A stretch of 64,000 nucleotides of DNA from a virus (IMGVR_UViG_3300013121_000020:1-64000), one strand, 5' to 3'. Positions 36,846 to 46,969 are shown, counted from the first letter of the stretch. Made by a program: numbers and translations. Notes: generated by a model not told the origin, from the sequence alone.

Positions 36846-37092
36846 AAAATTGAAGAAGCAGGCGATGATTCGCCATAATAAAAAATTGAAGCGTGTTAAA
36901 CGCAAAAAATCTGTTGTTAAAAAGAAGACTAATGTTAAAGTAAGTAATGGCGTGGTGCAAGCGAGTGCGTTCAATAAGTCTGCGTGGCGTGACAATTGTA
37001 GTGCGCAGAAAGAGCACACGAAAGTATTTCAAAAAAGGATTGCTGGATTTGATAGATCGATTTGGCAACCGCCAGAAAGTATTGGAAATTGA
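36832..37092 (+). CDS. Small basic protein
   Basis: K/R-rich; GGAG RBS. Confidence 0.55.
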   Translation: MSKSEKLKKQAMIRHNKKLKRVKRKKSVVKKKTNVKVSNGVVQASAFNKSAWRDNCSAQKEHTKVFQKRIAGFDRSIWQPPESIGN

Positions 37093-37095
37093 TTG

Positions 37096-37647
37096 ATGAT
37101 TAAAATTCCACATGGTAAAGACCGGAATCTACCGGTTTGGATTCAAGAAAATATTCCAGCAGATCTGGTATCGTCTACTTTATTTCGATTTAAAGTGAAA
37201 TTGCAGGCTATAGATAGTGTTGATCCAGATACTAAAAAACCGAAGCGAAAGGAAATAGAAGTAGACCTTATCCCAGACTTGGATCTGGATTATGATATAT
37301 TAGAGTCGCAGATGTCAGCTATTCCGGCCCAATATGCTTTTTGGGCTGCTGTTTACTCTGAGGTCCGCCTTGGCGTGGCGGTCGCTGAGAGGAAACTGAA
37401 AGCGCGGAAGGCTGAAGTTACCAAGGCAATTCAAAAAGAAGCCGCAGAGGAAGGAGTACGACTTAACGCTGATACTATTAAAATTATTGTTGAGGCAGAT
37501 GTTAGGCTTAATGAGGCTGAATTGAATTACCAACATGCTCAAATGCAAGCTGGAAAGTTGTATAACATGTTGGAAGCGTTGAAGATGAAGTCAGAACTAG
37601 CACGGTCTCTGCTGGGCTTGAAAAAGCAAGAACGAGACAATAGTTGA
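37096..37647 (+). CDS. UvsY-like recombination mediator / coiled-coil protein
   Basis: Helical QYAFW...LEALKMKS pattern; position next to SSB. Confidence 0.5.
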   Translation: MIKIPHGKDRNLPVWIQENIPADLVSSTLFRFKVKLQAIDSVDPDTKKPKRKEIEVDLIPDLDLDYDILESQMSAIPAQYAFWAAVYSEVRLGVAVAERKLKARKAEVTKAIQKEAAEEGVRLNADTIKIIVEADVRLNEAELNYQHAQMQAGKLYNMLEALKMKSELARSLLGLKKQERDNS

Positions 37648-37680
37648 TGTTGAATTAACTCACAAAATCGAGGTTTCATC

Positions 37681-38793
37681 ATGGCGTACGATGTGGCAGC
37701 CATTCGTAAGAAGATTAAAGATTCAATGTCTGGGAAATTCAATGACCCAGATGAATTTCGGCCAGAAAAGGCAAAATCCACCACAGAACCAACTAAGTAT
37801 CGTTTTTTCATTCTTCCGCCTCTAATTGAAGGCGAAAAATTGAAGAATGGAACAGTCACGCGCGGAATGGATTCTCAGTTTTTTGTCGCACACGGTAACC
37901 ATTGGGTCAATGACAAACCATATCCATGTCCGCGCATCGGTTCAAGTGAACGATGCCCGATATGCGATTTTGGGTTTGAGTTACTAAAAGATGATAAAAT
38001 TAAGAATGATGACGCCAAGCGACAAGCAGTCATCAAACAGTGGATGCCGACGCAGTATTATATGATGAATATCTTTTTTCCGAATGTTAAGGAGAACCCG
38101 GAAGATTTACGCAATCGAGTGATGTTTTATAATGCTCCAAAGACTGTTATCGATGTGTGTACAGCGTGCCTAATGCGTGATGACGCTGGCGATCCTGAGT
38201 CGCCAGAGGCTTTTGGTGTCTTTTTTGATGAGAATAACGCATTCCTGTTTGAACTTCAAGTGTTGAAACAGGGGCGTAATAACTCATACAAGACTTCCAA
38301 ATTTTTGTCGTCACCTAGAGCGATTGTTAGGAATCCAGACAATAGTGCTAATCCAAAGGCCATTGCTGCGGCGTTAGCGCTCCGCCACGATCTGTATTCG
38401 AAGATTGAGACTCCGAATATGGATAAGATCAAGAAGATCTTTGAAGTTATGCAAAATGGTGATGATAGTCCAAGTGATGGTGGTTTTGACGATGATGAAA
38501 ACAAGCCCAAAGTGGCCAGCTTTGTGAAACCACCAGCTGGTAAAGTTGATCCTGGTAAGGGTATTGTCACCAGCCCAGCAGTGATGAAGGCACAGAAAAA
38601 GCAGGTAGTTGTTGAAGACGATGCTGATGTTGATGCTGCGGATCTGGTTCAGACAGCACCAGCACCTGCGCCGAAGGCTAAAGCTCAGGTTGCACCAAAG
38701 GCAACTGAACCATTGGCGGCAGAAGCACCAATAGATGATGTCGATATGTCTGAAATCGATAGTTTGCTTGGTCAGTTAGAAGACAGTGATTGA
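37681..38793 (+). CDS. Single-stranded DNA-binding protein, T4 gp32-like
   Basis: RFFILPP, H..CP..CPIC zinc site, FFD, NSYKTSKF, acidic C-terminal tail. Confidence 0.8.
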   Translation: MAYDVAAIRKKIKDSMSGKFNDPDEFRPEKAKSTTEPTKYRFFILPPLIEGEKLKNGTVTRGMDSQFFVAHGNHWVNDKPYPCPRIGSSERCPICDFGFELLKDDKIKNDDAKRQAVIKQWMPTQYYMMNIFFPNVKENPEDLRNRVMFYNAPKTVIDVCTACLMRDDAGDPESPEAFGVFFDENNAFLFELQVLKQGRNNSYKTSKFLSSPRAIVRNPDNSANPKAIAAALALRHDLYSKIETPNMDKIKKIFEVMQNGDDSPSDGGFDDDENKPKVASFVKPPAGKVDPGKGIVTSPAVMKAQKKQVVVEDDADVDAADLVQTAPAPAPKAKAQVAPKATEPLAAEAPIDDVDMSEIDSLLGQLEDSD

Positions 38794-38801
38794 TGTTGTT
38801 A

Positions 38802-38846
38802 ATGGTATGTGCCGGGAATAAAATTAATATTCCCGGCACATACCAT
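38802..38846. terminator. 19-bp perfect stem-loop after SSB (no U-tract; terminator or processing site)
   Basis: atggtatgtgccgggaata-aaattaa-tattcccggcacataccat. Confidence 0.6.
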
Positions 38847-38858
38847 ATGTGAGGTAAT

Positions 38859-39719
38859 ATGCGACCAGCACTTTTAATCGACGCTAGAAACGCACTATAT
38901 CGTTCAATTTATGCCGTGCGTGCGGATCACCGGCCAGGACCAAAATATCACTATTTTACAATTTTTCTACGTCAATTATCGAAATGGATTCGTACACTTG
39001 ACCCATCAAGCATACATGTTTTTTGGGATGCACCACGTGAAACAACGTGGCGTAGAATGATTTTGCCAACATATAAAGATCGTTCTAGTAGTAATTTTGT
39101 TGAAGGAATTGCTGAAGATTTGGCGATGACTACGAATGTTGCGAAAATGTTTTTCCCTCATATGGGTGTTAGACAATATGAAAGAAAACAAATGGAAGCT
39201 GATGATCTAATTTATACTGCTGTGTCTATTCTTCATCCACAGCGTTCTATAATTGTGTCGACAGACAGTGATATGATGCAAATTCCATATCGTTTTAACA
39301 GTTGTAGTGTCTTTGATCCGACTGAGATGCAAATGGTGCCGGTACCAACTGTAAATCCGGTTTATCTTAAGTCGTTGGTTGGTGATAATGCTGATTCTAT
39401 AAAAGGATATTATGGAATAGGCCCGAAAAAAGGTCAAGCTTTGCTTGAAGATCAAAATGGATTACATGAATTTTTAAAAACAAAAGGTGCAAAAACATTT
39501 CACTTGAATATGTTGTTGATCGATCTTTCTTTGTGTCCGCGTCTCCTATCTAATACGATATATATGCATAAGAAATTGGTTCAACCTATTTCATTTTCTG
39601 TTGATGAGATTAATAAATTGACTATGACTCATAAAGTTAATGGTATTCCACAAGAATTTTCTGATTTAATATTTCCATTTCGTGATATAGCTACACAAAA
39701 TTGTGAACTATCCGTGTAA
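38859..39719 (+). CDS. 5'-3' exonuclease / flap endonuclease (T4 RNase H-like)
   Basis: LLIDARN, VFWDA, WRR..PTYKDR, MEADDLI, VSTDSD, LVGDNADSIKGYYGIGPK. Confidence 0.9.
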   Translation: MRPALLIDARNALYRSIYAVRADHRPGPKYHYFTIFLRQLSKWIRTLDPSSIHVFWDAPRETTWRRMILPTYKDRSSSNFVEGIAEDLAMTTNVAKMFFPHMGVRQYERKQMEADDLIYTAVSILHPQRSIIVSTDSDMMQIPYRFNSCSVFDPTEMQMVPVPTVNPVYLKSLVGDNADSIKGYYGIGPKKGQALLEDQNGLHEFLKTKGAKTFHLNMLLIDLSLCPRLLSNTIYMHKKLVQPISFSVDEINKLTMTHKVNGIPQEFSDLIFPFRDIATQNCELSV

Positions 39720-39755
39720 AGATGAAATATTTGGTTTCACAAACGGGAGCGTAAA

Positions 39756-40040
39756 ATGGCAATTGGTATTCATATTGCACGTGTTGCTTTTCTACCGATT
39801 AACAAATTAACTGGCAGTGTTGTTAATAAAAATGATCAAGCTACGACTATCAATGATGTATTACAGACAGAGCACCGACATGTAATCATTCCTGATACTA
39901 CAAATGCCCCCAATTCTGTTGGGTATCCGACTGTTGATGCGTATCTTAAATTGGAGGCTGCGTCTGACTATGTGGTGTATCATATGGATCAAAACATGAT
40001 CGTTACTTATGATCAAGGCGCTGTTAATGCAGCGACGTAA
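39756..40040 (+). CDS. Hypothetical protein
   Basis: GGGAG RBS; 94 aa. Confidence 0.6.
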   Translation: MAIGIHIARVAFLPINKLTGSVVNKNDQATTINDVLQTEHRHVIIPDTTNAPNSVGYPTVDAYLKLEAASDYVVYHMDQNMIVTYDQGAVNAAT

Positions 40041-40042
40041 AA

Positions 40043-40735
40043 ATGGGACAACGCATACGACTGTATTTTGCGCCGGGTTTCGACCATTCTCTGGCACCTA
40101 TTCCGGCACAGAAACTTCGAGATTGGTGGGACGACAATTCAAAGACGGCTAATCATGCCAAACATTGTTTGCCGCTTCAAATGGCAAACAGTCTTGGTTA
40201 TTATATCCTATCACCTGGAACATTTATCGTACGTTGGAATGGTGACATTCATTCTAACGCACAAATTGAACATATTGATAAATCATCTCATTATGAAGTA
40301 GACAATCACGCAGCGTTTGGGTCTTTTACAGTTCAAGCTAAATTTATACCAGTTACTGATGATCCAGGCGATTTTGTGATTATTAAAGGAATCGCAAATG
40401 AGCGAAATGTACCATACACTTGCATGGAGGCCGCTATTGAATCGTGGTGGAGCGTAGCAAATTTTGGTTTGGTTTTTCTATTGAACCAGCCAGGAGAATT
40501 TCTAATCCCAATGGGTAAACCAATTGCTCAGATGTTTATGTATCATGGTGCTGCTGGGGCTGCTGGGCTAGAACTTATTGATGGGCATCCTCCTGGTCAT
40601 GCTGAGTGGCTGGCGAGGCGATCAAGACCAGATTATCACAAAGATCTTGATTATTTTAAAGGTGCAACAGCTTCTGGACAGCAAATAAATACACACATTT
40701 CTAATTGGACACACGCTGAGAAATTTTACAAATGA
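40043..40735 (+). CDS. DUF6065-like protein
   Basis: RDWWD..HAKHCLPLQMANSLGY; GKPIAQ. Confidence 0.6.
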   Translation: MGQRIRLYFAPGFDHSLAPIPAQKLRDWWDDNSKTANHAKHCLPLQMANSLGYYILSPGTFIVRWNGDIHSNAQIEHIDKSSHYEVDNHAAFGSFTVQAKFIPVTDDPGDFVIIKGIANERNVPYTCMEAAIESWWSVANFGLVFLLNQPGEFLIPMGKPIAQMFMYHGAAGAAGLELIDGHPPGHAEWLARRSRPDYHKDLDYFKGATASGQQINTHISNWTHAEKFYK

Positions 40736-41487
40736 ATAACATACTAGATAAATGGGTTAATGATTATTACTTATTAGACAACACTGTTGAAAATATTCGT
40801 CAAACTATAATTGCAAAACCATCTGTGAAATATATTGTGCTTGATGACTTCTTTAAAATTGAAATGCTTGATCGTTTAATTGAACATCACCATACTTTGA
40901 AGTTTAGTGAGGAGATGGATAGGAGAGCACATAAAACTGGTGAATGGTTACCATATGATGGGGCTGTAGTGTTTGTTAAACCTGGGATTCATTTCGGTTC
41001 TGAATTATTCTTCGATGATGAATGGCACAGATATTTGGCATATTTATGTCATTGTAACTTGAAATTTCCATCGACCACAGAAATAAAACTTCGCTGGCAC
41101 AGACCAGATGCTGATGGGTTTTGGATTCATACAGATAGTACGATTAGAACTTTGGTTGCTATTTGCTATTTTAATAAAGAATGGAGAGTTGATGATGGTG
41201 GATTGTTGCAATTGTGGAGAGTTGATGAATCAACTGTAGATTCTGTACCATATGTTGACAATCCAACAGGTAGATTAGATATTCTTACTAAGTATCAGCG
41301 TATTAGAACATCCACTCCGGGTGGTGGTTTTAAAAATTGTAAACCACATGATATGGTATTAATCGATCAAATTGTGCCAACATATAATCGTTTGTTTTTG
41401 TGTAATTATCAAAATGACCCTGCATATCATAGCGTTACACCAAGCAATGGTAGAGAACGAACTGGTTTCGTACAGTGGCTTGCATAA
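40732..41487 (+). CDS. 2OG-Fe(II) oxygenase (prolyl-hydroxylase-like)
   Basis: HxD (IHTD), YFNKEW..GGLL, PTYNRL, YHSV, R.G. Confidence 0.85.
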   Translation: MNNILDKWVNDYYLLDNTVENIRQTIIAKPSVKYIVLDDFFKIEMLDRLIEHHHTLKFSEEMDRRAHKTGEWLPYDGAVVFVKPGIHFGSELFFDDEWHRYLAYLCHCNLKFPSTTEIKLRWHRPDADGFWIHTDSTIRTLVAICYFNKEWRVDDGGLLQLWRVDESTVDSVPYVDNPTGRLDILTKYQRIRTSTPGGGFKNCKPHDMVLIDQIVPTYNRLFLCNYQNDPAYHSVTPSNGRERTGFVQWLA

Positions 41488-41501
41488 ATGTTGGAGACGG
41501 G

Positions 41502-41735
41502 ATGGAAAATCATCATGAAGTTGCTATGAAGCTATGTGCGTTTTGTGAAGCGATGGAAAATGAAAATATTACGAGTCGAGAGTTAGCTGACGCATTGGAA
41601 AATGTAGTGGTTGATAATGCTGATTTTGTGCTTAATAATTTTGGGATGCGGCTTAATTTAGAAATAGCCATTAATGCGATAAATATCATTCAAAATCGGT
41701 TGACGTTAAAGTTAAATGATGAGAGTAACAAATAA
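41502..41735 (+). CDS. Hypothetical protein
   Basis: GGAG RBS. Confidence 0.5.
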   Translation: MENHHEVAMKLCAFCEAMENENITSRELADALENVVVDNADFVLNNFGMRLNLEIAINAINIIQNRLTLKLNDESNK

Positions 41736-42517
41736 TGGCACGTAAAGATAAATGTTTTGTATGTCAACTACAGACAAAATGCAAGGGTTGTACATGTGGT
41801 GCATATTTTTGCAACGACCATATTGCTGAAGATAAACACGATCATTCTGGCATACTAGTCATTAAAGCAAAACAATCAAAAATTGGGCGATCAAATGTGC
41901 GTCGTGCAAAAGGCCATGAGAGGACTGTTGCAAAATTTCTAACTGATTGGAGTGGGAGAGAATTTAGACGCCGTCGTGTAGAAGGACGCGATGTAACTGT
42001 TATCGAGCGTGAGAGTACCGCCGATGTTATTCCAGTAAAAGGCGATATCTATTGTTCGATTGAAGCAAAATGTGGCGAGGTTCAAACTTTTGGCAATTTG
42101 ATGGCGAATCCAAAGACTTGTAAGTTTACTGAATGGTGGCATCAGGCTAATTATGACGTGCAATTGGTGTCTAATATTTTTAATCGTCAGTTTTATCCAA
42201 TGATGTTTTTTCGTCCATATCTCAACCAAAATTGGGTTGCTATTTCAGAAAAATTGTTTACGAATCGTATTTTACGTCCTAAAATAAATTGTGAACCATT
42301 AATGATTAAGAATGCTGAAGAAGGTTGTGTTTGGTTTCCGCATTTCTTATTTGACGCATATAAATTAACTGGCGAGATTTCGTTTAATGTGGTCAGAACT
42401 AAAGAAAAGAAGAATTTTAAATTTGTGCCGTTAATTTTAGATTCTGTGGTTATGTGTAGATGGTGTGATTTTGCTGCTGGTGTTGATCCGCAATCGTTTT
42501 TTATATCACATAGTTGA
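41735..42517 (+). CDS. PD-(D/E)xK nuclease, Holliday-junction-resolvase-like, with N-terminal zinc finger
   Basis: RAKGHERTVA, ADVIP, SIEAK, WWHQA. Confidence 0.7.
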   Translation: MARKDKCFVCQLQTKCKGCTCGAYFCNDHIAEDKHDHSGILVIKAKQSKIGRSNVRRAKGHERTVAKFLTDWSGREFRRRRVEGRDVTVIERESTADVIPVKGDIYCSIEAKCGEVQTFGNLMANPKTCKFTEWWHQANYDVQLVSNIFNRQFYPMMFFRPYLNQNWVAISEKLFTNRILRPKINCEPLMIKNAEEGCVWFPHFLFDAYKLTGEISFNVVRTKEKKNFKFVPLILDSVVMCRWCDFAAGVDPQSFFISHS

Positions 42518-42541
42518 ACAAACTTATCTATGGAGGCTTTT

Positions 42542-42694
42542 ATGAGATGTGGGAGTTGCGGAAAACCAACAGCGATAATAGTGCATCGGCCATCGCCACT
42601 TACTCAACAACAGCCAATTAATGTGCGTCCTAAACGATCGAATGTGCGAACAATAAAATCTAAAGTAAGCAATATTGATAAACATAGAATATAG
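42542..42694 (+). CDS. 50-aa basic peptide (below ORF-track cutoff)
   Basis: GGAGG RBS; MRCGSCGKP...DKHRI*. Confidence 0.5.
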   Translation: MRCGSCGKPTAIIVHRPSPLTQQQPINVRPKRSNVRTIKSKVSNIDKHRI

Positions 42695-42703
42695 GGGATA
42701 ATT

Positions 42704-42958
42704 ATGGGATGCTGTGGTGGTAATACTCGTCCACAAACGGTAAGAAAACAAGTTATTGAGACAACGATTCCATCTCCTCAAGTTGTTCAAAAAAAGATTA
42801 GCCGTTCGCAATCATCGACTCCTGTTAGTATTCAACGTCAGTATGTTGTGCCGCGTCAACAATGCGCCAAATGTGGTTATCCAACTATGGCGGTAACTAT
42901 TGCGGGGCGTGAACGTTTTCAATGCAGTAATGCTAATTGTAGGATAGTAATACAATGA
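42704..42958 (+). CDS. Small Cys-rich protein
   Basis: MGCCGG; CAKC..CSNANC. Confidence 0.6.
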   Translation: MGCCGGNTRPQTVRKQVIETTIPSPQVVQKKISRSQSSTPVSIQRQYVVPRQQCAKCGYPTMAVTIAGRERFQCSNANCRIVIQ

Positions 42959-43389
42959 TTGATATTATTGAGTTGATGTTGTTAGTGATTGTGACGGAAG
43001 CGACGACTGAAATTATAGTTGACTCGAAGATTTTTAGCGAAATAAGATTTCGCATACGTAAGAAAGCTTTTCCTGAGCAACCGGGATCATCGAATCCAAT
43101 ATTTGTGTTTGTTGCTGAGCTAATTAGTTGTGGATATTGTACTAGTGTGTGGGTTGCAATGTGGTGGAGTTTATTTGCACCATCGTTTTTTAAATTTGGA
43201 TTTATCATTAATTGGGTTATTATGGGAATGGTGATTCATCGCTTGTCTAATTGGTTACATGTTGTTTATTCGCTAGTTAAGAAGGGACGCATTAAGACGT
43301 ACGATATTGAACTGAAATTGATTCATACTAATGAGGCATATGATGGAAGCGTTGGATACAGCGTTAGCGCGGGAGAAAACCAAAATTGA
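42955..43389 (+). CDS. DUF1360-like membrane protein
   Basis: ELISCGYCTSVW; transmembrane helices. Confidence 0.65.
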   Translation: MIDIIELMLLVIVTEATTEIIVDSKIFSEIRFRIRKKAFPEQPGSSNPIFVFVAELISCGYCTSVWVAMWWSLFAPSFFKFGFIINWVIMGMVIHRLSNWLHVVYSLVKKGRIKTYDIELKLIHTNEAYDGSVGYSVSAGENQN

Positions 43390-43849
43390 TCCACGTCAGG
43401 CTTTAGCACCAGCTGAAGTTCGCACTCTTGATGATATAAAACGATTGGTTTCTGAGTTTGATCCATCACGTAATCCACCACCAATTAATGTGCCACTTGC
43501 TGCAAATATGGTTGTTCGAGAAGACAATCGTGAAGTTATGTATAGAGCAGAAACAATAACACGCTCAAAGAGTCGTCGAGACATTTTGATAGAAGGATTA
43601 ACAATTGTTAAAAATCGAATTGATTCAAGTCATGTACAAGATATAGCGGAGCCAATTGAAGTAAATGGTATTCGCATGAAACCAGCGTGCATAGGGAATG
43701 GTGTGCATGGAAAAAACTGGGTTGATCCGTTAATTAAACAGTGGCTTGGCGGATTCAGAGATGGGATTATAATTTGTTGGGATTTGAATGATGGGTATAT
43801 TTATCGTTATGATATATTTACTCATAAACTAACACGAATTAGTAAATAA
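43340..43849 (+). CDS. Hypothetical protein
   Basis: About 170-aa ORF. Confidence 0.55.
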   Translation: MMEALDTALAREKTKIDPRQALAPAEVRTLDDIKRLVSEFDPSRNPPPINVPLAANMVVREDNREVMYRAETITRSKSRRDILIEGLTIVKNRIDSSHVQDIAEPIEVNGIRMKPACIGNGVHGKNWVDPLIKQWLGGFRDGIIICWDLNDGYIYRYDIFTHKLTRISK

Positions 43850-43864
43850 TATTGGAGAATCATC

Positions 43865-44176
43865 ATTCGTTCCGATTTACCACCACTGGCACAATATCGT
43901 AGTCTGAGCGAGTATAAACCAAGCTATGGTGATTATGTCGTTTGGTCTGGGTGGCTTACTACATGGCATGGAATTGTTTCTAATTTTGATGTAGAGACGA
44001 ATGAATTATTAATTATTTTTGCGGGGATTCCGTTTGTTCTGTTCACGCTTGAAGAAGATGAACAGAAAAAGGAAACTAAGAAAATATCGTTGTCTAAGAT
44101 TCGCACGGCACCACATGGCACATGGGCGGTTTTACAACATGACTACACGCGCAACGCGAATGTCTGGTACATCTAA
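43865..44176 (+). CDS. Unannotated about 103-aa protein with probable ATT/ATC start
   Basis: Open frame filling the gap: IRSDLPPLAQYRSLSEYKPSYGDYVVWSGW...NVWYI*; GGAGA 6 nt before ATT; stop overlaps next ATG (44160). Confidence 0.55.
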   Translation: MRSDLPPLAQYRSLSEYKPSYGDYVVWSGWLTTWHGIVSNFDVETNELLIIFAGIPFVLFTLEEDEQKKETKKISLSKIRTAPHGTWAVLQHDYTRNANVWYI

Positions 44177-44750
44177 ACTTCCAGCAATTCTAAAATATCC
44201 AATTCTACATAACTTCTCTGATGTTAATAAATTTCTTAACAATCATTTATGTTATATACTACGAAGATATGAAAATGATGGCATTGCGGTTATAATTGTA
44301 CGAAACCCAGCAAATGATGATGTGACAATTTTGTTTGGTGACTGGGCTGGTAATTCTGTTGATTTATCGGCTGTTGGTGATAACAAATATAAAGATGCTG
44401 CATTATCATTCATAGATAGTGACATGTCATTATTTTTGAAGGTAATGCGATTGATAAAACTTGATCAAGCACAATTTTTCTTTTCGTTTGGACCTGATGG
44501 GTTAATACTTACCGATATTCAAATTTCTATTAATAAATTGGTTGGTCCTGGGATGGTGCGTGATATTTTTGGTTCTAATTATAGAGTGCCAGAGATAGTA
44601 AAAATTGAAGTAATTGATGAGCGTGCAAGTGAGTATATTAGTAAAGGTTTGGGATCTTATGAGGGTGATTTAATAATTAAACCAAGTAAATTTCTCACAT
44701 TTTCAGATAAATCAATGACTCTGCCACTATATGTAGAAGTGAAAAGATAA
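44160..44750 (+). CDS. Hypothetical protein
   Basis: Likely start MSGTSKLP at 44160. Confidence 0.6.
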   Translation: MSGTSKLPAILKYPILHNFSDVNKFLNNHLCYILRRYENDGIAVIIVRNPANDDVTILFGDWAGNSVDLSAVGDNKYKDAALSFIDSDMSLFLKVMRLIKLDQAQFFFSFGPDGLILTDIQISINKLVGPGMVRDIFGSNYRVPEIVKIEVIDERASEYISKGLGSYEGDLIIKPSKFLTFSDKSMTLPLYVEVKR

Positions 44751-44771
44751 AATTAAAATTGGAGGTTACCC

Positions 44772-46712
44772 ATTCCTGAATATATTAATCCGAACAACTA
44801 TGTTGTGCATCTCACTGGCCCAAATGGTGAGACCATACAAGTTCGTGGTCGTCAAAGAATTGTTCTTCCAGAATTTTTTGATAGATATGTTGGACGTGGA
44901 TTTATAAAACCAGTTACTCAAACAATAATAAAAGAGCCACAACATAAACCTATTCAAGCGAGAATTCAAGTCAATCGTAGCGTAGTAAAAAGACCAAACC
45001 CAGCACCGCCGCCAATAGATTCTAAGGTAATTGAACGTAGAGTTAGACGTGATGAGTTGGTGAAGATGCGAAAATTAGCGGCGGCTGTTCGTGTTAATAA
45101 TCAAAAACGAATAAATTCGAAAATAGTAAGCAAGCCAACAGTTATTGGTAAATCTGTCAGTGTCGATCCTAATGAATTGTTACGCAACAATCTTACTCAG
45201 AACAACTATCCTATTAGCAACAATATTGGTGTTGGTATATTGTCTTATAATCGTGGGCATTGTTTGCGTCGGCTTATTGAATCAATTTCAAAAACAACTG
45301 ATTTGCGACGAACTACCATATTTGTTAGCGATGATGCCAGCGACGATCCAGATACTTGTAATTATTTGAACGAACTTTCATCAAATCACAATTTTGTGGT
45401 TATTAGAAATAATACTAGACTTGGTGTGGCTGGTAATAGCAATAGATTGCTTAGATGCTTATCTAGATTCGCGTATGGGATTTTATTGAACGACGACGTT
45501 GAAATTTTAAATCATGGTTGGGAATATTTATATCCAGAAGTTATGCAACGTTTTGGGTTTCACCATCTTTTATATCAACAGTCTGGTGTGTATGGTTCTG
45601 ACAATGGTGAAATAATCACTAGAAATGATGGTGAATTGAGTCTTAAGAAGATGAATGATAAGCCACACGGTGCTGTGTTAGCTTTTTCAAATCAGATGTT
45701 ACAGACTGTGGGGTATTTTGATGAGTCATATGGTCTTTATGGGATGGAGCATGTTGATTGGTCGCAGAGAGTGTCTGAGCTTGGATTGCAGGAAGCTGGT
45801 TTCTTCGATGTCCAAGGCTCTGATCGGTTTTTTATGCTTCACGCCGATTTGAGTGCCGTCCTTGACAGAGGAAAGCATCTTACGGCCGCACGGAAGTTGT
45901 TTGCGGCTCGAACACCACGATATGTTGCTCCATCTGGTTCGAGTCAATTACCAGAAGTTAGCTATGTTATTCCATTTCGCAATTTTGAAAGATCTGATTC
46001 GATTCGCGCAGTTGTCAATAATATTCGTGCACAACGATATCCAATAATTAATATTATTATAGTAGAACAAGATGCTGAAACCAGAATTGATTTAGCTGGA
46101 TTTAACCCAGTTACATATTTATTAGCACGAGAAACCGACAATCTGCTATTTAATAAATCGAAAGCATTTAATTTAGCTGTTGCGAATGTTAGTACAGAGT
46201 GTGTAATATTACATGATGCAGATATGTTGGCTCAAGGACATTATACGGCCGCTGTTATGAACATATTGCGTGATTATGATTCGTGTCATTTAGGCAGAAC
46301 AGTCATATATACTGGCCAACCGGCGATGGAACAAATAAATCTGATTGGAACAGTTGATGAGAATGCGAAATGTGAGAGAGTAGTTGGTTATTATGAAGGC
46401 GGATCTATAGCATGTAGGGTCAAATCATATTGGAAAATTGGCGGATTTAATGAGGATTTTTGGGGCTATGGTTGTGAAGATTGCGATTTTTATGCTAGAT
46501 TGTCTGGTGGGTCCAATTGGAAAGAAGATAGAGTTTTCGATTTCTTACATTTATGGCATTCAAGAGTACCTGGGTGGCATTCACATCATGAAACAAATAG
46601 GCAAATTGAAGCCGCGTTGAAAATCAAACCGATTCCGGTTCGTATACAATTACAACATTCTCAGTTAGATAAACTTGGCTACAAGCAATATATTGTTGAG
46701 GCTATGAAATGA
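44772..46712 (+). CDS. Tandem GT2 (GT-A) glycosyltransferase with basic N-terminal region; probable ATT start at 44772
   Basis: ILSYNR..VSDDAS..LLNDDV..GYFDESYGLYGMEHVD; second domain IPFR..VEQD..FNKSKAFN..LHDAD..GGFNEDFWGYGCED. Confidence 0.85.
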   Translation: MPEYINPNNYVVHLTGPNGETIQVRGRQRIVLPEFFDRYVGRGFIKPVTQTIIKEPQHKPIQARIQVNRSVVKRPNPAPPPIDSKVIERRVRRDELVKMRKLAAAVRVNNQKRINSKIVSKPTVIGKSVSVDPNELLRNNLTQNNYPISNNIGVGILSYNRGHCLRRLIESISKTTDLRRTTIFVSDDASDDPDTCNYLNELSSNHNFVVIRNNTRLGVAGNSNRLLRCLSRFAYGILLNDDVEILNHGWEYLYPEVMQRFGFHHLLYQQSGVYGSDNGEIITRNDGELSLKKMNDKPHGAVLAFSNQMLQTVGYFDESYGLYGMEHVDWSQRVSELGLQEAGFFDVQGSDRFFMLHADLSAVLDRGKHLTAARKLFAARTPRYVAPSGSSQLPEVSYVIPFRNFERSDSIRAVVNNIRAQRYPIINIIIVEQDAETRIDLAGFNPVTYLLARETDNLLFNKSKAFNLAVANVSTECVILHDADMLAQGHYTAAVMNILRDYDSCHLGRTVIYTGQPAMEQINLIGTVDENAKCERVVGYYEGGSIACRVKSYWKIGGFNEDFWGYGCEDCDFYARLSGGSNWKEDRVFDFLHLWHSRVPGWHSHHETNRQIEAALKIKPIPVRIQLQHSQLDKLGYKQYIVEAMK

Positions 46713-46969
46713 CAATAAATGATGTTGTGATGTTTGCAGAAACTGTTGATTGTGATGCTGGTAAATTTTGTTTTGAGCATGGCATCGCTGGAATTGTGCA
46801 GGATATTGTGAATGACATGATTATGATAGATGCTGGTTTTGGATATATAATTTATGCATCGCGGAATGATGTTGTATTAGCTCCTGCTGGGACAATTGCA
46901 AAACTTGATAGATATGGTAATTTTCCAGATATGAATTTAGTTCCAATCGATGATGATGTAGTGGGGTAA
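46709..46969 (+). CDS. Hypothetical protein
   Basis: ATGA overlap. Confidence 0.5.
   Translation: MTINDVVMFAETVDCDAGKFCFEHGIAGIVQDIVNDMIMIDAGFGYIIYASRNDVVLAPAGTIAKLDRYGNFPDMNLVPIDDDVVG

Noticed and set aside
44019-44159. Track start of ORF 44019-44750
   Set aside because: It overlaps a better-looking frame (43865-44176); ATG 44160 is more plausible
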